The notes: generated by a model from the sequence alone, not told the origin. A stretch of DNA of 64,000 nt from Octopus vulgaris (GCA_951406725.2 OX597831.1:46810001-46874000), one strand, 5' to 3'. Shown: positions 1 through 13,360, numbered from the stretch's first letter. Program-made: numbers and translations.

Positions 1-60
1 CCTTACTACCACTTCGTTGTATTTCGTTTTCTCTCTCGTTTGTCATTGTCTCCTATCTCC

Positions 61-64
<4 letters not shown>

Positions 65-144
<80 letters not shown>

Positions 145-151
145 CATACAC

Positions 152-232
<81 letters not shown>

Positions 233-260
233 GTATATATATATATACGTATATATATAT

Positions 261-334
<74 letters not shown>
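65..334. repeat. (CT)n-(AT)n compound microsatellite
   Basis: Directly visible; explains ORFs 6..200 and 40..498. Confidence 0.95.
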
Positions 335-336
<2 letters not shown>

Positions 337-942
337 TGTCTATTTACTCTATCTTTCTATATACCTACTTCCAAATTACGAAATACAAGAAATGCCAAAA
401 GTAAAGAATTGAATATCGCAAAGTGTATTCTTCATCAGATGCAACTGTCATCCGGTACATATGCCACGGCACATGCCAGTACACGCCTTTCAAATTAAGG
501 TTTCTCAGAGAAAACTCTCCATCTATTCAGACAAAATTTTTATACACCAGAAAGTCGTCCATCTTTAAACTAATGGCTGATATAAAAGTCACTTTATAGC
601 GTCCGCATTGAACGCGTTCCATTGTTTCCGTCTTTCATTTTTGCATTATGACAGGTCTTTAATGTCAGCTAGTCGATCATTACAACGATACCACCCAACA
701 CACGGTTATTGTTTGTGTTGTTCTTATTGTCATTGCTGTGTTTTTTATTGATGTAGTGGTGGTGGCGGTGGCGGTGGAGGTAGTGGTGCTGCTGTTGTGA
801 TATGTAATAAATGTTGTGGCTTCTGTTGATCTTTTAAACTCCAGCGTGTTGCCGTTACAGCTGAAAATCTTGCTGGTACCATAGCTGTTATCTTACGTAA
901 TGCTACTATCTACACATTGTATTAACTGCCTTCCGCCCATTT

Positions 943-984
<42 letters not shown>

Positions 985-1120
985 TTACAGACACGTGTAT
1001 ATGACAGGTCGTAATCCTTTGTACTATAGGTAGAAGACCTGAAATTGGGGGTATGTTGTGGAGTGGGGGGGTGGGTGTCATCGAATATGTCGGTTCTAGT
1101 GTTAAATTAGGGTTTCTCTT

Positions 1121-1249
1121 CTAATCGGCCCCAAATGGATGAGAGGAAAAGTCGATTTAGGTGGAATTTGAACTCAGAACATAAAGACGGACGAAATACC
1201 GCTAAGCATTTACCCGGCGTGCTTAACGATTCTGCCAGCACGCCATCTT
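1121..1249 (-). mobile_element. tRNA-derived SINE family A, partial
   Basis: Reverse complement of the head of the 5710 copy (GGCAGAATCGTTAAGCACGCCGGG...TTCTGAGTTCAAATTCC). Confidence 0.8.
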
Positions 1250-1285
1250 GGCATACGTAGTAATACACAAACGTATGTCATATGC

Positions 1286-1347
<62 letters not shown>

Positions 1348-1360
1348 GCATGTATGCATG

Positions 1361-1444
<84 letters not shown>

Positions 1445-1544
1445 GAGAGTGAGAGAGAGAGGCTAACACGTCAACATGTATATAATGTGTGTGTATTTGT
1501 ATGTGTGTAAATGTATGTGTGTGTGCGCGCAGGTGCGTATGTAC

Positions 1545-1586
<42 letters not shown>

Positions 1587-1815
1587 TCTGACCCAAGGTC
1601 ACGAGATTGCGAAATAAAGTTCGTTGCTATATGACTAATGAATTAGCGACTACTACCTTTAATATACAATATTTTTAACATTTTAGATTTTATAATGATA
1701 AACCCACTATCCAGCGCTACTTGAACGATTTATCTGTTGCTTATTAAGTGATGTAGTCATCTATTTTAGATAAGAGTCGTCATGTGATATGTGTGTGTAT
1801 GGAAGTATATATGCG

Positions 1816-1855
<40 letters not shown>

Positions 1856-2045
1856 TCGCCATGATAGATCGTTAGCCACTACACACATTTTTTTCTCTCC
1901 TTGTTTTTTTCTGTGTACCTTTCTGTAGAAGAGCGTAGGCCCGAAACGTAAAATACTTTTTCTATTCCTGAGCGTTATACTAATACATCTGTTTGTTTTG
2001 TACACCACCTGTCTTCGTCTTTTGTTCTTTTCGTAAACTTTCCCT
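1856..2045 (+). mobile_element. Short (AT)n-embedded repeat with a minimal hammerhead-like motif (putative Penelope pLTR derivative), copy 1
   Basis: Near-identical copy at 24653-24842 and a partial copy at 27705-27805; motif CTGTAGAA-GAGC-GTAG-GCCC-GAAA-CG-TA at 1923-1950. Confidence 0.65.
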
Positions 2046-2062
2046 ATATATATATATATATT

Positions 2063-2422
2063 TAAAAAAAGGAAATGTGGAACACGAGTTGTGATATATA
2101 AAAAAGGAAATGAAGAAAATGCTGACAAAATAATTTAAGTAATGTAAGTAATCTAATTAGGTGAAAGTTCTTTTTGCCGGTTGCGCATTTATTATGCTTA
2201 TCAAAAGATAATTTTTTTAAGAGAGATAGAGTTCTTTTCTGATAGATTTTTTCCTCTTATCTGTTAAGATAAGAGGAAAAATCTATCAGAAAAGAACACT
2301 ATCTCTCTTTAAAAAAATTATCTTTTGATAAGCATAATAAATGCGCAACCGGCAAAAAGAACTTTCACCTAATTAGATTACTTAAATTACTTAAATTATT
2401 TTGTCAGCATTTTCTTCATTTC

Positions 2423-2426
<4 letters not shown>
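2063..2426. mobile_element. ~325-bp palindrome (arms ~2103-2262 / 2267-2426) with a degenerate hammerhead in each arm and an unpaired ~40-bp tail; Penelope-like fold-back
   Basis: Arms are near-perfect reverse complements around a GTTA loop; flanked by (AT)n; motif TTGATAA-GCAT-AATAA-ATGC-GCAA-CCGG-CA at 2325-2354. Confidence 0.75.
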
Positions 2427-2482
<56 letters not shown>

Positions 2483-2935
2483 GCGCAGCAGTGGCAGTGT
2501 GGTAAGAAGCTTCCTTCCCTTCTGCCCAAGGTACTAGCATTATCTGTAATTACAATAAGCGGATTTATATGCTACACGATTCTATGCAATCTCGTTTCCC
2601 AAATTCCATTACGAGGTCAACACATTGCCATGATAGAAAAATACTTGTTCGGAGTGCTGCACAGTGAGACCGAACCGGAAACCGTGTGGTTCTTAACAAT
2701 ACAACCATGTCTAAAATAAAATAAAATAGAATGTACCATAGTAGAATGATAGCAAGAAAAACTTCTGCACGGCCAATACCATGACAGATCTGAGTCGCGT
2801 TGAAATAGATCAAATAATAGATCAAATAACTCGACATGCAATCAGAAGTCCAAGGCGCCAAATTGAAACCTCGAGCTTGCTTTGTTGCGAAGGCGATGTG
2901 GCATTAAGGCGTTCGTTAAAATCTACTGTAAACAT

Positions 2936-3210
2936 ATTGTTTGTTCTTATTTCGAGCCATGCTTGTCTCATAAGGGCCGGGTTCCCGGTTTCTTTGGCGT
3001 ATAGGTTCCCCACCTGTCACAGGTGAGCTGCAAGATGCAGGAGGAAAGAGTGAAAGTTGTGGCGAAAGAGTCAGCAGAAGTTCGCCATTACCTTCTGCCA
3101 GAGCCGCGTGGAGCTTAGGTGTTTCGCTCGTAAACACACACACATCGCCTGGTCTGAGATTCGAACCCGCGATCTCTCGATCGCGAGTCCGCAGCTCTAA
3201 CCACTAGGCC
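2936..3210 (-). mobile_element. tRNA(Arg)-like SINE family C
   Basis: Minus strand reads GGCCTAGTGGTTAGAGCTGCGGACTCGCG...GGTTCGAATCTCAGACC (A/B boxes); homologous to the 62353 copy. Confidence 0.85.
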
Positions 3211-3240
3211 AACTGTAAACATATAATGAAGCAATATATT

Positions 3241-3452
3241 GGTTTCAAATTTTGGTAAAAGACCAACAATTACGGGAAGGGTGTAAGTAGATTACATCGA
3301 CGCCAGTGCTCAACTGGTACTTATTCTATCAACTCCGAAAGGATTAAAGGCAAAGTCAACCTCAACAGAATTTGAATTCGGGGTATAAAGATGGAAGAAA
3401 TGCCGCTAAGCATTTCACCCGGCGGGCAAACGAATCTGACCACTCGCCGTCT
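3241..3452 (-). mobile_element. SINE family A
   Basis: Reverse complement of the family A consensus, ending CAAAATTTGAAACC. Confidence 0.8.
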
Positions 3453-4714
3453 GTATTTAAAAAATCTTAATTACAGAATATGTGGTAACAGTAAATAGAC
3501 CAACGGTCACAATATTTCTGGCAGCTCTGTTTTAACTAGAATTCATTATGAATATATACATAACAAAGTTGGAAGCTTGATACAATGAATGCTCCGAATG
3601 CATTAACAAAGGTGACAAAATACACACCAGTTATGATGAACTTCCCCTGTGAATCAAAACATTCAAATCGGGGTTAGGTTTTGGCGGTCGTGTGTTTTCC
3701 AAACATGAACGTGACGTGATTCTACCTGAGTATCGAACGGCTTTAGCATTAATTCAAACCGACTACACGATAATGAAATAAATTAAAGCGAATTTCCATG
3801 GTTGTCCCATATAAGTTTGAACAATTGTAATGCAAATAAAAGAACAATACTAAATAAAAGAACAACTCTCAACAAAATATTATAAAAAAGGAACACGTTG
3901 TTGCTACTGTGGTTATATAATTATAGAAATGAATAATATTAGAGATGGGAAACAATGTATATTTACTCAATGCTGATCGTGAAAACAAGATTTAAAGTGG
4001 AAGTGGGAAGAATTTTATACAAAGAAAAATAAAAGTGAGGAAGGGGAGATACAGTAGATACGTTTAGCATTCCATAACTGGTGGTCGTCTGCTTATCTTT
4101 AATTAGATTTTTCGACTATTTTTGACCATTTTTCCCACAGCGACTCATGTTTTCGACACGTGGTAACTGACATCTTTTGAGAAATCGACTATTTTGCCCT
4201 CTCAGCGTGTATGGCCTGTATGCATATATGAATACGTTGATTTTATGTGTATATCTACTCGTGTGCGTGTATGTGTTTGATGTGTGTGTGTGTGTGAAAG
4301 TATGTGTTAGTGATTGTGTGAGTAGGAGAAAATGTATTTTGTCTTGTTTTTTTCCCGTGTTTTGTTTTCTTTTTGTGTCTTTTTATTTTCCTAAAAGAAA
4401 TGTCAGTGCACGTAAATATACACTTTTAGTTATATAGCTGATGGAAAATACCCCCCAAAGCAGCATTCTGCATAGGAAATATAATTATAGCAACTTAATA
4501 CATAAGATAGTGAGTTGAAAACTTCGATCAACTAAGATCATAATTACAATTCATGGATAAAAGCTACAATAAGATGAGTTGGTGTATATTTTGGCCTACA
4601 TAGACAATACAGGTTGAAGAAAATCTTGTCTTTGAAGCCAATTCGTAAGAGTAATGAAAGTGCTTTCGTGTTATTAGGTTTCCTCGGCTAGCGAACCTTA
4701 CAGGTATACACACA

Positions 4715-4718
4715 CACA

Positions 4719-4758
<40 letters not shown>

Positions 4759-5017
4759 TACATTTGTACATATATACGTTCAAGCATGCAGACATGGATA
4801 CATACATACATACATACATACATACATGCATACATGCATACATACATACATACATACATACATCATACATACATACATACATACATACACACATACATAA
4901 ATACATACATACATACATACATACATACATACATACATGCATGCATGCATACATACATACATACATACATACATACATACATACATACATACATACATAC
5001 ATACATACATACATACA
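4715..5017. repeat. (AT)n/(TACA)n microsatellite
   Basis: Directly visible. Confidence 0.95.
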
Positions 5018-5511
5018 TAGGTATGTGCGTAGGGGAACAGTGATTTTAAATATCAATAATGCAGGTGAGAAAAATATTTTTGGAGAGCGTTCTATATACT
5101 TAATGCATTAGGGCCCCATATGTATAAAATAGTGAATGAGAAAAGATATCGATGATCCGAGATTATCGAAGCGATTAGCGAACAAAAATTCACTCGAGTG
5201 GTGGTTTAAAATTTATAAAATAAAATAAAATAAAATGAAATAAAATAGTTGATCTATTCCAATATGCAATATGTCCAAACTATTTATCAACTGATCTTAT
5301 TGAGTTACATCCCTTGTTTATTGTTTTCATATTTTAGATATATTTAGAAGGAATGTTTCTCCTAATGTATTTCCATTCAGTTTGCAGAACATTCTCCAAA
5401 TATAAATATTTTCTTTCATCCTTTGACTCTATATTCGTAATCAGCACCACTTCATTTCTTTTATGTCTATATGTATTGAATATTCTTAGTTTTGCTAAAT
5501 GAACAGAATAT

Positions 5512-5554
5512 GCTGCACTGATGAGGTCCAATAAGATCGAAACGTACCTGTTGC
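5512..5554 (+). ncRNA. Degenerate minimal hammerhead ribozyme motif
   Basis: GCTGCA-CTGATGA-GGTC-CAATAA-GATC-GAAA-CGTAC-C-TGTTGC; core and stem II intact, cleavage-site region apparently short by ~2 nt. Confidence 0.45.
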
Positions 5555-5709
5555 TTTCATGAGTTGCTTTTAAAGACGGGATTCATTTCAATGTACATTG
5601 TTTATATTGTGAAAGAAATTTCCGTCATCTTACCTTGCTTGTCGTTTTAGATTTTAAATAGCGATAGAAATGTTTTAGTCAACAAAACATTATTATTATC
5701 ATTTTCATC

Positions 5710-5946
5710 AAGGCGGCGGGCTGGCAGAATCGTTAGCACGTCGGGCGAAATGCTTAGCGGTATTTCGTCTGCCGCTACGTTCTGAGTTCAAATTCAGCCG
5801 AGGTCGACTTTGCCTTTCATCTTTTCGGGGTTGATAAATTAAGTTCCAGTCGCGCACTGGGGTCGATGTAATCGACTTAATCCCTTTGTCTGTCCTTGTT
5901 TGTCCTCTCTATGCTTAGCCCCTTGTGGCAATAAAGAAATAAGAAA
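5710..5946 (+). mobile_element. SINE family A, full length
   Basis: AAGGCGGCGGGCTGGCAGAATCGTTAGC...GAGTTCAAATTC (B box)...GGGGTCGATGTAATCGAC, A-rich tail; more than 12 copies in the window. Confidence 0.9.
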
Positions 5947-6491
5947 TGTTTTAATCAACGTCAACCAAACGGAGTTTTATATGGACCCCTTCTGCATTTC
6001 GTGTGTGAGACTCTACAGCAGTTGTATTGTGTTGAATATGCTTTGTTGAAGACGTCCAATGAAGCAAAACCTCTGTCTTGCATTCATGGTTAACTTCAAA
6101 AGCAAGACCCTCACTAATCTGCTTTGTCTCTATTCACATATTACCGAAATAATTCAGGACAGGGAAAAATAACGCCCTTACTGTTTCAATCTCAGGTTCG
6201 AGCGAGTTAGATGAGATTCTTATTTGCTCTTGATTGCATTCAAATCTAAATCTCTAAAGAATGACTCAATTAAGCAGATTAATAAAAAGGGAGGTTTTCG
6301 GATTTTCGATTACACATATACATATCGCCGCATATACATCTTTAAAATATGATTTTTCCATAATTAAAAAAATTAAATTGCTAGATAGCGTCATCTGATT
6401 AGCTTGTTATTTTGATTTTAGAATTTTAAAAGTCACCGAGTGTGTTGCTTGGATTCTCTGTTTACAAGTTTTTCAACACCTTGCATTATAA

Positions 6492-6700
6492 ACTCTTTTA
6501 CTCTTTTACTTGTTTCAGTCATTTGACTGCGACCATGCTGGAGCACCGCCTTTAGTCGAGCAAATCGACCCCATGATTTATTTTTTGTAAGCCTAGTACT
6601 TATTCTATCGGTATCTTTTGCCGAACCGCTAAGTTACGGGGACGTAAACACACTAGCATCGGTTGTCAAGCGATGTTGGAGGGACAAACATATACACACG

Positions 6701-6772
<72 letters not shown>

Positions 6773-6881
6773 CGTATATACGACGGGCTTCTTTCAGTTT
6801 CCATCTACCAAATCCACTCACAAGGCCCGGGACCCTGTGGTTGGTAAGCAAGCTACTTACCACACAGCTAGTCCTGCGCCT
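6492..6881 (-). mobile_element. SINE family B with internal (TA)n, internal deletion
   Basis: Homologous to the 48383-48796 and 34273-34758 copies. Confidence 0.9.
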
Positions 6882-7028
6882 AATATGTACGACACAAATG
6901 CATTTGTATGCAGAACACCCACTTGAGGTATTTTCCCTTTGCCATATTAGAGTCTTAGAATGTTGGAATGGCATAGTCGCCAGAACTTCGGATATAAAAC
7001 TTCAAGGCAATTTGTCCTGGTTCTTTAC

Positions 7029-7175
7029 ATTCTGAAATCTCACCGAAGTCGACATTGAGTTTCATCCCTCCGGAGTCAATAAAATAAAGTACAAGTGAAG
7101 TACTGGGGTTTCGATGGCATCGCTTTACTCTCCATCTCAAAATTGCTGGCCTTGTGATTAAATCAGAAACTATAT
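7029..7175 (+). mobile_element. SINE family A, 3' part
   Basis: GAAGTCGAC...TTTCATCC...AAAATAAAGTAC...AAATTGCTGGCCTTGTG. Confidence 0.65.
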
Positions 7176-7289
7176 TACTGGTATTCGTGACCAACGTCAA
7201 TACATTCTCTTTCCCTCGCCCTCCCTTCCTCTCTTTCTCTCTCTCTCTACATGCAAACACTGCCCTCCACACACAAATACACACACATG

Positions 7290-7570
<281 letters not shown>

Positions 7571-7858
7571 ATCTAAGACAATTCTACAACATTTACTTCC
7601 GAATTGGCGCATATACAGACGCATATGTAGAAACATGCATGATGTGTGCATATGCACTTGCAACGCATGTCCTTGCACACGATCGATTACGCCATCGTGT
7701 GTGTGCGCGCGTGCAGGAGTGTGTGTGTGTGTGTGCGTGTATGTTGTGTAACTGGCAATTATCTAAAAGTCAATTGTTTGACCTTTCAGTCATCAGACAG
7801 CAGTATCTATCAGCAAGGAGGAGATCAGCTTCATCATTCACTTAAGACTGATTTACGA

Positions 7859-7922
<64 letters not shown>

Positions 7923-8206
7923 CATTGTTGTTGTTGTCCTTGTTGTATTTTGTTATTGTTGTTCTTATCATTCAATGACGTTCTCGCTACTATTACAGTT
8001 GACGTTCCAGTGAATTATTGCCGTTGCAGGCTCTTTTACTCTCTACTCTACTAAATAATTGTAGATGGCCGATCTTGGACATTAGATAACCACACACAGA
8101 TACATGTATATGTGTGTGTGTGTGTTTGTGTGCATGTGCTTGTGTTTGTATAATTATAATTATAATTATATATATATACATAGATATATATATATATGCA
8201 TGTATG

Positions 8207-8261
<55 letters not shown>

Positions 8262-8420
8262 GCATGTTCGGGCATGTGTATGGGCTTCAAATTCTTATCT
8301 AGAAATTTATTTGCGATTAACCGAAGTAACTTGCCCACGTCACGAAAATAATGATTACTCGCCGATGATTTCCAAAGATCTAGCAAAGAAGATGTTGAAT
8401 GCACGCACACAAGCACAAAT

Positions 8421-8471
<51 letters not shown>

Positions 8472-9176
8472 CATTCAATAACTCATCTATGTATATATGT
8501 ATGTATATGTGCGTGTATATTTGCTATCAAAAGTATAACTGCTTTTGAGAGTTATCTATTTTATTAATAATTTATCGTATTGGAGATATCTCGCCTTTAT
8601 GGCTTGCTTCGAACATGTAACCGGTCTACTTCTATACTCATAGATTCGGTGAATGTTCGTCCACACATGTAACAATTATACTTAGAAGACTGTTTAGATT
8701 CTCCTTCACAGACGAAGCACTGCACAAAGAAATCTATTGAATGCAATAAACTCTACCAATAACGGAGATAAAAAATGAGAACCTTTTGAAGAAGCTAGTA
8801 TGGACAACGTTATAGAACTGTATAGACCAAGCTATAAAAAAGTATGGAAAAAGTTATATAACAGCATACATCAAGCGACGTTGCTTATACATAAAACACT
8901 ACAACTAGTTACCTATACCCACACATATCTACGTGCATATGTGTGTACGTGTGCGTGTGTGTGCATGTGCGTGTATGTGTGTACAAATATATGTAGATAT
9001 ATATATATATACACACATATATGTAGAGAGAGGAAGAGACACGTTGCTACAGATATATACATATATATAAACGTACACAAACAAACGCACACACATATAT
9101 ATGTATATTTGCATGTATATGTATATATATATATGTTTGTATATATATATATATGTGTGTATGTATATTTGGATGT

Positions 9177-9229
<53 letters not shown>

Positions 9230-9659
9230 TACATATACATAGGTATGCATACGTACTCAAAATCACGTAAAGCATTACCATCAACACCACCACCATTACT
9301 ACCACCAATACCATCACCACCACCAACACCACCACCAACACCATCACCACCAACACCAACAACACTACCAACACCAACACCACCACCATCATCACCACCA
9401 GCAGCAATGATAACACAGCAATAAGAACAATAACATTTTAATATTTTCCGATGATTTGGGAGAAGTGCAGAGAAGTTTATCAGCACAAAGTCTGATGGAA
9501 ACTGGTCAGGATTAAACAGAGAAATGCAGATGCCGATCACAATAGAGAGCATAGCAAAGAATGTAGGCTAAATTGATTTCAATTGGAAATAGTATGTTTT
9601 CGTTTTGGGTAACGAGGTGATGTGAGGTTTCAGTTCTTTATTGCTTTTGTTAACTAGTC

Positions 9660-9820
9660 GGTATATAGTGCTGTCCAGACCTCCTGGTAGACCGGAATTG
9701 GGGCGAGGTTACGAGTAAGATAGCCAGTCTCACTAAGAAATCGGTTGGTGCAAAACTACCACTGAAAGCTCAAAGAGAAGTGGCGAACGCGTACATTGCC
9801 CGCGTTATATTTTACCGCCA
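9660..9820 (+). mobile_element. Tx1/L1-like LINE RT fragment
   Basis: Frame DLLVDRNWGEVTSKIASLTKKSVGAKLPLKAQREVANAYIARVIFYR resembles the post-RT NW...LSLxGRxxVxN region of Tx1/L1 ORF2. Confidence 0.6.
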
Positions 9821-9992
9821 TTCATAGAATCATGGAGCTATCACGGAAAACTCCTCTCGTCGGTCCTGCAAGCAGATTACACAGCAATCCAGTACGGAGG
9901 GTTATAAAGCAGAGTTCTATGTAGCTGAAATCCAGGAGACCCAATCGATGAAATTATTTCATGAGGACTTTATAAACCATGAGAGTTCATGT

Positions 9993-10390
9993 GGTATGAG
10001 AGATAAATATATATTTAACCACTTGTTATCCGCAAGATTACAGCCGTTTCGCAGCCTTCATTGTGCAATAAATGTATGATAAATTGTTTTACGTCTCTAC
10101 TGATATCCATACTACTCATTGTACAATACAACAGTATATTTTCAATCAATGCTGATAAAGAAAACTAACTAGTTCGTTAGATCACCCGAGTTGAAGTGTT
10201 AATGTAACCATTATGTTCAACTGATCTGATGTGCTTTCTTTATTAGCATTGTTTTGAAAATATACAATTGCATATTGGTGCAGACATGTGAAATAATTCA
10301 ACATACACTAAAATTATAATTACATAATGGAGGCTGCGAAACGATCGTAATCCAGTAGTTAAGTATATATATATATACACCTTTCATACC
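9993..10390 (+). mobile_element. Old fold-back element with a hammerhead motif (10219-10357) and imperfect inverted ends
   Basis: 9993-10070 is an imperfect reverse complement of 10318-10390; GAT-CTGATGT-GC...GGCTGC-GAAA-CGATCG-TA-ATC. Confidence 0.55.
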
Positions 10391-10392
10391 TA

Positions 10393-10685
10393 GCCGAGGT
10401 TTTATGGTTAGACTGTCGCACTCCCGATCGCGAGATCACAGTTTCAATTCCTAGACTGAGGGGTGCACTGTGTTCTTGATCAATATACTTCATCTCGTAT
10501 TGCTCTGCGATCACTTCGACTCCTCAGGGGTGGTACACCGTGCACCTGTTCAGGCAACGTCAAGTTGATGACGAGTGTAAGCCGATGTACAACGCATCCA
10601 TTTGATGACTATAAGCAAATCATTTGTGCAGGTCGTTTGGCTAAAATCCGAACATTCATACATCGTCTTCGACGGGGGAGTCCAT
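10393..10685 (+). mobile_element. CORE-type SINE (tRNA head + CORE-like block), diverged
   Basis: TGGTTAGAC...GTTTCAATTCC head followed by TGTGTTCTTGATCAATATACTTCATCTC, similar to the CORE motif GTCCTTGAGCAAGACACTT. Confidence 0.55.
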
Positions 10686-10829
10686 CATGTGTGTGTGTAT
10701 GTGTACGTGGGAAATTTAACTGATGACCACCGCTGCTACTGTTGCCATTTGTGGTTGTTTTCAGCATCAGAGGCAGACAGAAATATGGTTTGGTATATAT
10801 ATGTGAGTGTGTGTGTGTGTTTCTGCCCG

Positions 10830-10952
10830 CTGAGGGACTGGAGCAACGTGCAATAAAGTGTCTGGCTCAAGGACTCGATGCGTCGGCGGAAATCGAACTT
10901 ACGATGAAACGATCATGAGCCGGTTACTCTAACTTCTTAGCCACACGCCTTC
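10830..10952 (-). mobile_element. CORE-type SINE head
   Basis: Minus strand reads GGCGTGTGGCTAAGAAGTTAG...GTTCGATTTCC...GTCCTTGAGCCAGACACTTTATTGCACGTTGCTCCAG. Confidence 0.65.
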
Positions 10953-11112
10953 ACACAGAGTATTATAAAGAAATAAATAAGAAATAAGATGAAAGACTGT
11001 AAACGAGAGTTATTTGACTCTCGGGATTGAAACTTGAATCGAATGATCCAAATTACATGTATCAATTGTTATTTATGTTGTCCTGTAGAGATGTGCGTGA
11101 GTGTATGTGTGA

Positions 11113-11153
<41 letters not shown>

Positions 11154-11279
11154 TGTTTATATATATGCATATATACAATATATACATACACATACAAAAA
11201 CAGCGTAAGGTATCGCTTCTGAACGTTTGCGTGACTATATGTAATACACACAGACATACACACATACACACTCACACAC

Positions 11280-11314
<35 letters not shown>

Positions 11315-11353
11315 CGTGTGTGTGTGTTTGTGTGGATATATATGTATGTATAC

Positions 11354-11387
<34 letters not shown>

Positions 11388-11416
11388 ATATATATATATG
11401 TATAAATATATACGTA

Positions 11417-11503
<87 letters not shown>

Positions 11504-11699
11504 ATATGTATGTTTAGTGTTTAGATATATATATACATATATATATACACATATGTATACAGGCGTGCTGGCACACACGCACGCACTTACATATAAAAGA
11601 AAGCATGTAAGGTATTGTTTCTAGGCATGACATTAGTGTATGAATAAATGTAATACGTACGTACACATACACACCCACACCCACACACACACAGCCACT

Positions 11700-11737
<38 letters not shown>

Positions 11738-11829
11738 CATTTTGTGTGTGTTAATGTGGAGAGGGATATGCACTTATGCTTGTAAGCCTCTATGCCTTCC
11801 ATACTTTTGTGTGTCAACGCATAGTTTCC

Positions 11830-12210
11830 TACACGTGTTTCGCACACGCGATAACGACCATGTCAAAGAAACCTAATTAAAGAGAACATTACAATGTTTA
11901 TGAGAATTGTTAATTCGGGTTGGAGGCCTTTTTAAATTCTCCACATATTCTCTCTCGTCTTGCTTTTCTGATATCCTCTCTCAACCGTTGTTGTTGTCGT
12001 CTTTTTAAGCTTGGTTAATGTTATTTTCGATATCTTTTGATCTCTTTTTTTTTTAGTTTTCTCTTAATGTCCATCACAATGGGTTTTTCTTTTTTATCCA
12101 GTCATGAGCAACCTGTCGCGGAGAAAAAAAGAAAGAAAACAATGTAATAGCAACGAAATGTCAAATATCACGTGATGTAATGTTTTAATAAATTTCCAAA
12201 CAAATCTAAA
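11830..12210 (+). repeat. ~380-bp non-coding block duplicated in direct orientation at 15268-15635
   Basis: Shared blocks such as CCATGTCAAAGAA..CTAATTAAA.GAGAACATTAC...GTTTATGAGAATTGTT.ATTCGGGTTGGAG and ATATCACGTGATGTA.TGTTTTAAT. Confidence 0.85.
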
Positions 12211-12233
12211 TTTTTTCTCATCTTTGTCATAAT

Positions 12234-12246
12234 AATGATGATGATG

Positions 12247-12313
<67 letters not shown>

Positions 12314-12325
12314 CTTTTATTATTA

Positions 12326-12383
<58 letters not shown>

Positions 12384-12439
12384 TATTATTATTATTATTA
12401 TTATCATTATTATTATTATTGTTATTATTATTATCATTA

Positions 12440-12470
<31 letters not shown>

Positions 12471-12475
12471 TATTA

Positions 12476-12524
<49 letters not shown>

Positions 12525-12531
12525 CATTATT
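12234..12531. repeat. (ATT)n microsatellite
   Basis: Directly visible; source of the poly-I/N/L ORFs. Confidence 0.95.
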
Positions 12532-12532
12532 A

Positions 12533-12829
12533 GGGTGGCGATCTAGTAGAATCATCAGTGCGTTGGATAACTACCCTCCGTTAATAGCTTTAGCTCTGCT
12601 TTCTTACTTCAAGTGCGATGTACTAACAGAATCATTAATGCGTCAGAAGAAATGCTTTTGCGATATTTCTTCTGGCGCTTTACATTCTGAGTTCAAGTCC
12701 TGCCGAGGTCAACTTTGCCTTTCATCATTTTTGAGTGAATAAAATAGGTACCAGTCATGTAACGGGGTCGATGTAATCAGTCTACCTCCCACTCTAAATT
12801 ACTAGCCTTGTAACAAAGTTAGGAAGAAT
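12533..12829 (+). mobile_element. SINE family A (diverged, duplicated head)
   Basis: TTCTGAGTTCAAGTCCTGCCGAGGTCAACTTTGCCTTTCATC. Confidence 0.75.
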
Positions 12830-12831
12830 TC

Positions 12832-13360
12832 TGCACGCCGTCGTTCAGTTTCCGGTCATTGCTGACTTGTGGGGTTATGTTGAACAGCTACTGTCATGTG
12901 TGGAACGACAAGTCTGTCGGCCGAGCCTATAGTGATGATTGCACCGCCGCCCTCTTTCAATCGGGTAGGCAAGGCAGTTTTCCTTTGCCTGATGTCTGTG
13001 GTGAAAGAGTTGTTTGGTGGACAAGGCTGAAAGGTATGAGAACAGATACATTCCTCTTTGGTGGAGCTCATATTGACTTTTTCAAGTTTCACTTGAAAAG
13101 GAAATTGAGAATGGAGAGGGAAGTCTTATCTTCGACTGAGTTTATTGAAAGGTGGCTGAAAGTTGCGAAAATGGCAAGAGTGGATGTTACCTCTCTAAGT
13201 GTAGACCTGCGAATCGGAGAGAAGGAATTGGAGAGGGCTCTTGCTGCTAGGGTATCAGGGAAATCTCTGACAGTGGGGTTCCTCGATTATCCCTAGAAGC
13301 GTTCCTGTATCAGGAGGGCTACACCTCTATCGTTCCCTACTTTTTTTAACCTTTGTATGC
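12832..13360 (+). mobile_element. Tx1/L1-like LINE 3' end (ORF2 C-terminus), decayed
   Basis: ORF 12859..13296 contains VVWWTRLKG...FFKFHLKRKLRMEREVLS..F..RW; homologous copy at 60900-61310 on the minus strand. Confidence 0.7.

Noticed and set aside
5334-5531. ORF as a GIY-YIG C-terminus
   Set aside because: No GIY/YIG motifs, and it is antisense to the hammerhead.
10720-10760. CTGATGA-CCAC...GTGG (also CTGANGA hits at ~432-, 14614, 17901, 44527, 53192)
   Set aside because: Lack GAAA/stem III or stem II; treated as background.
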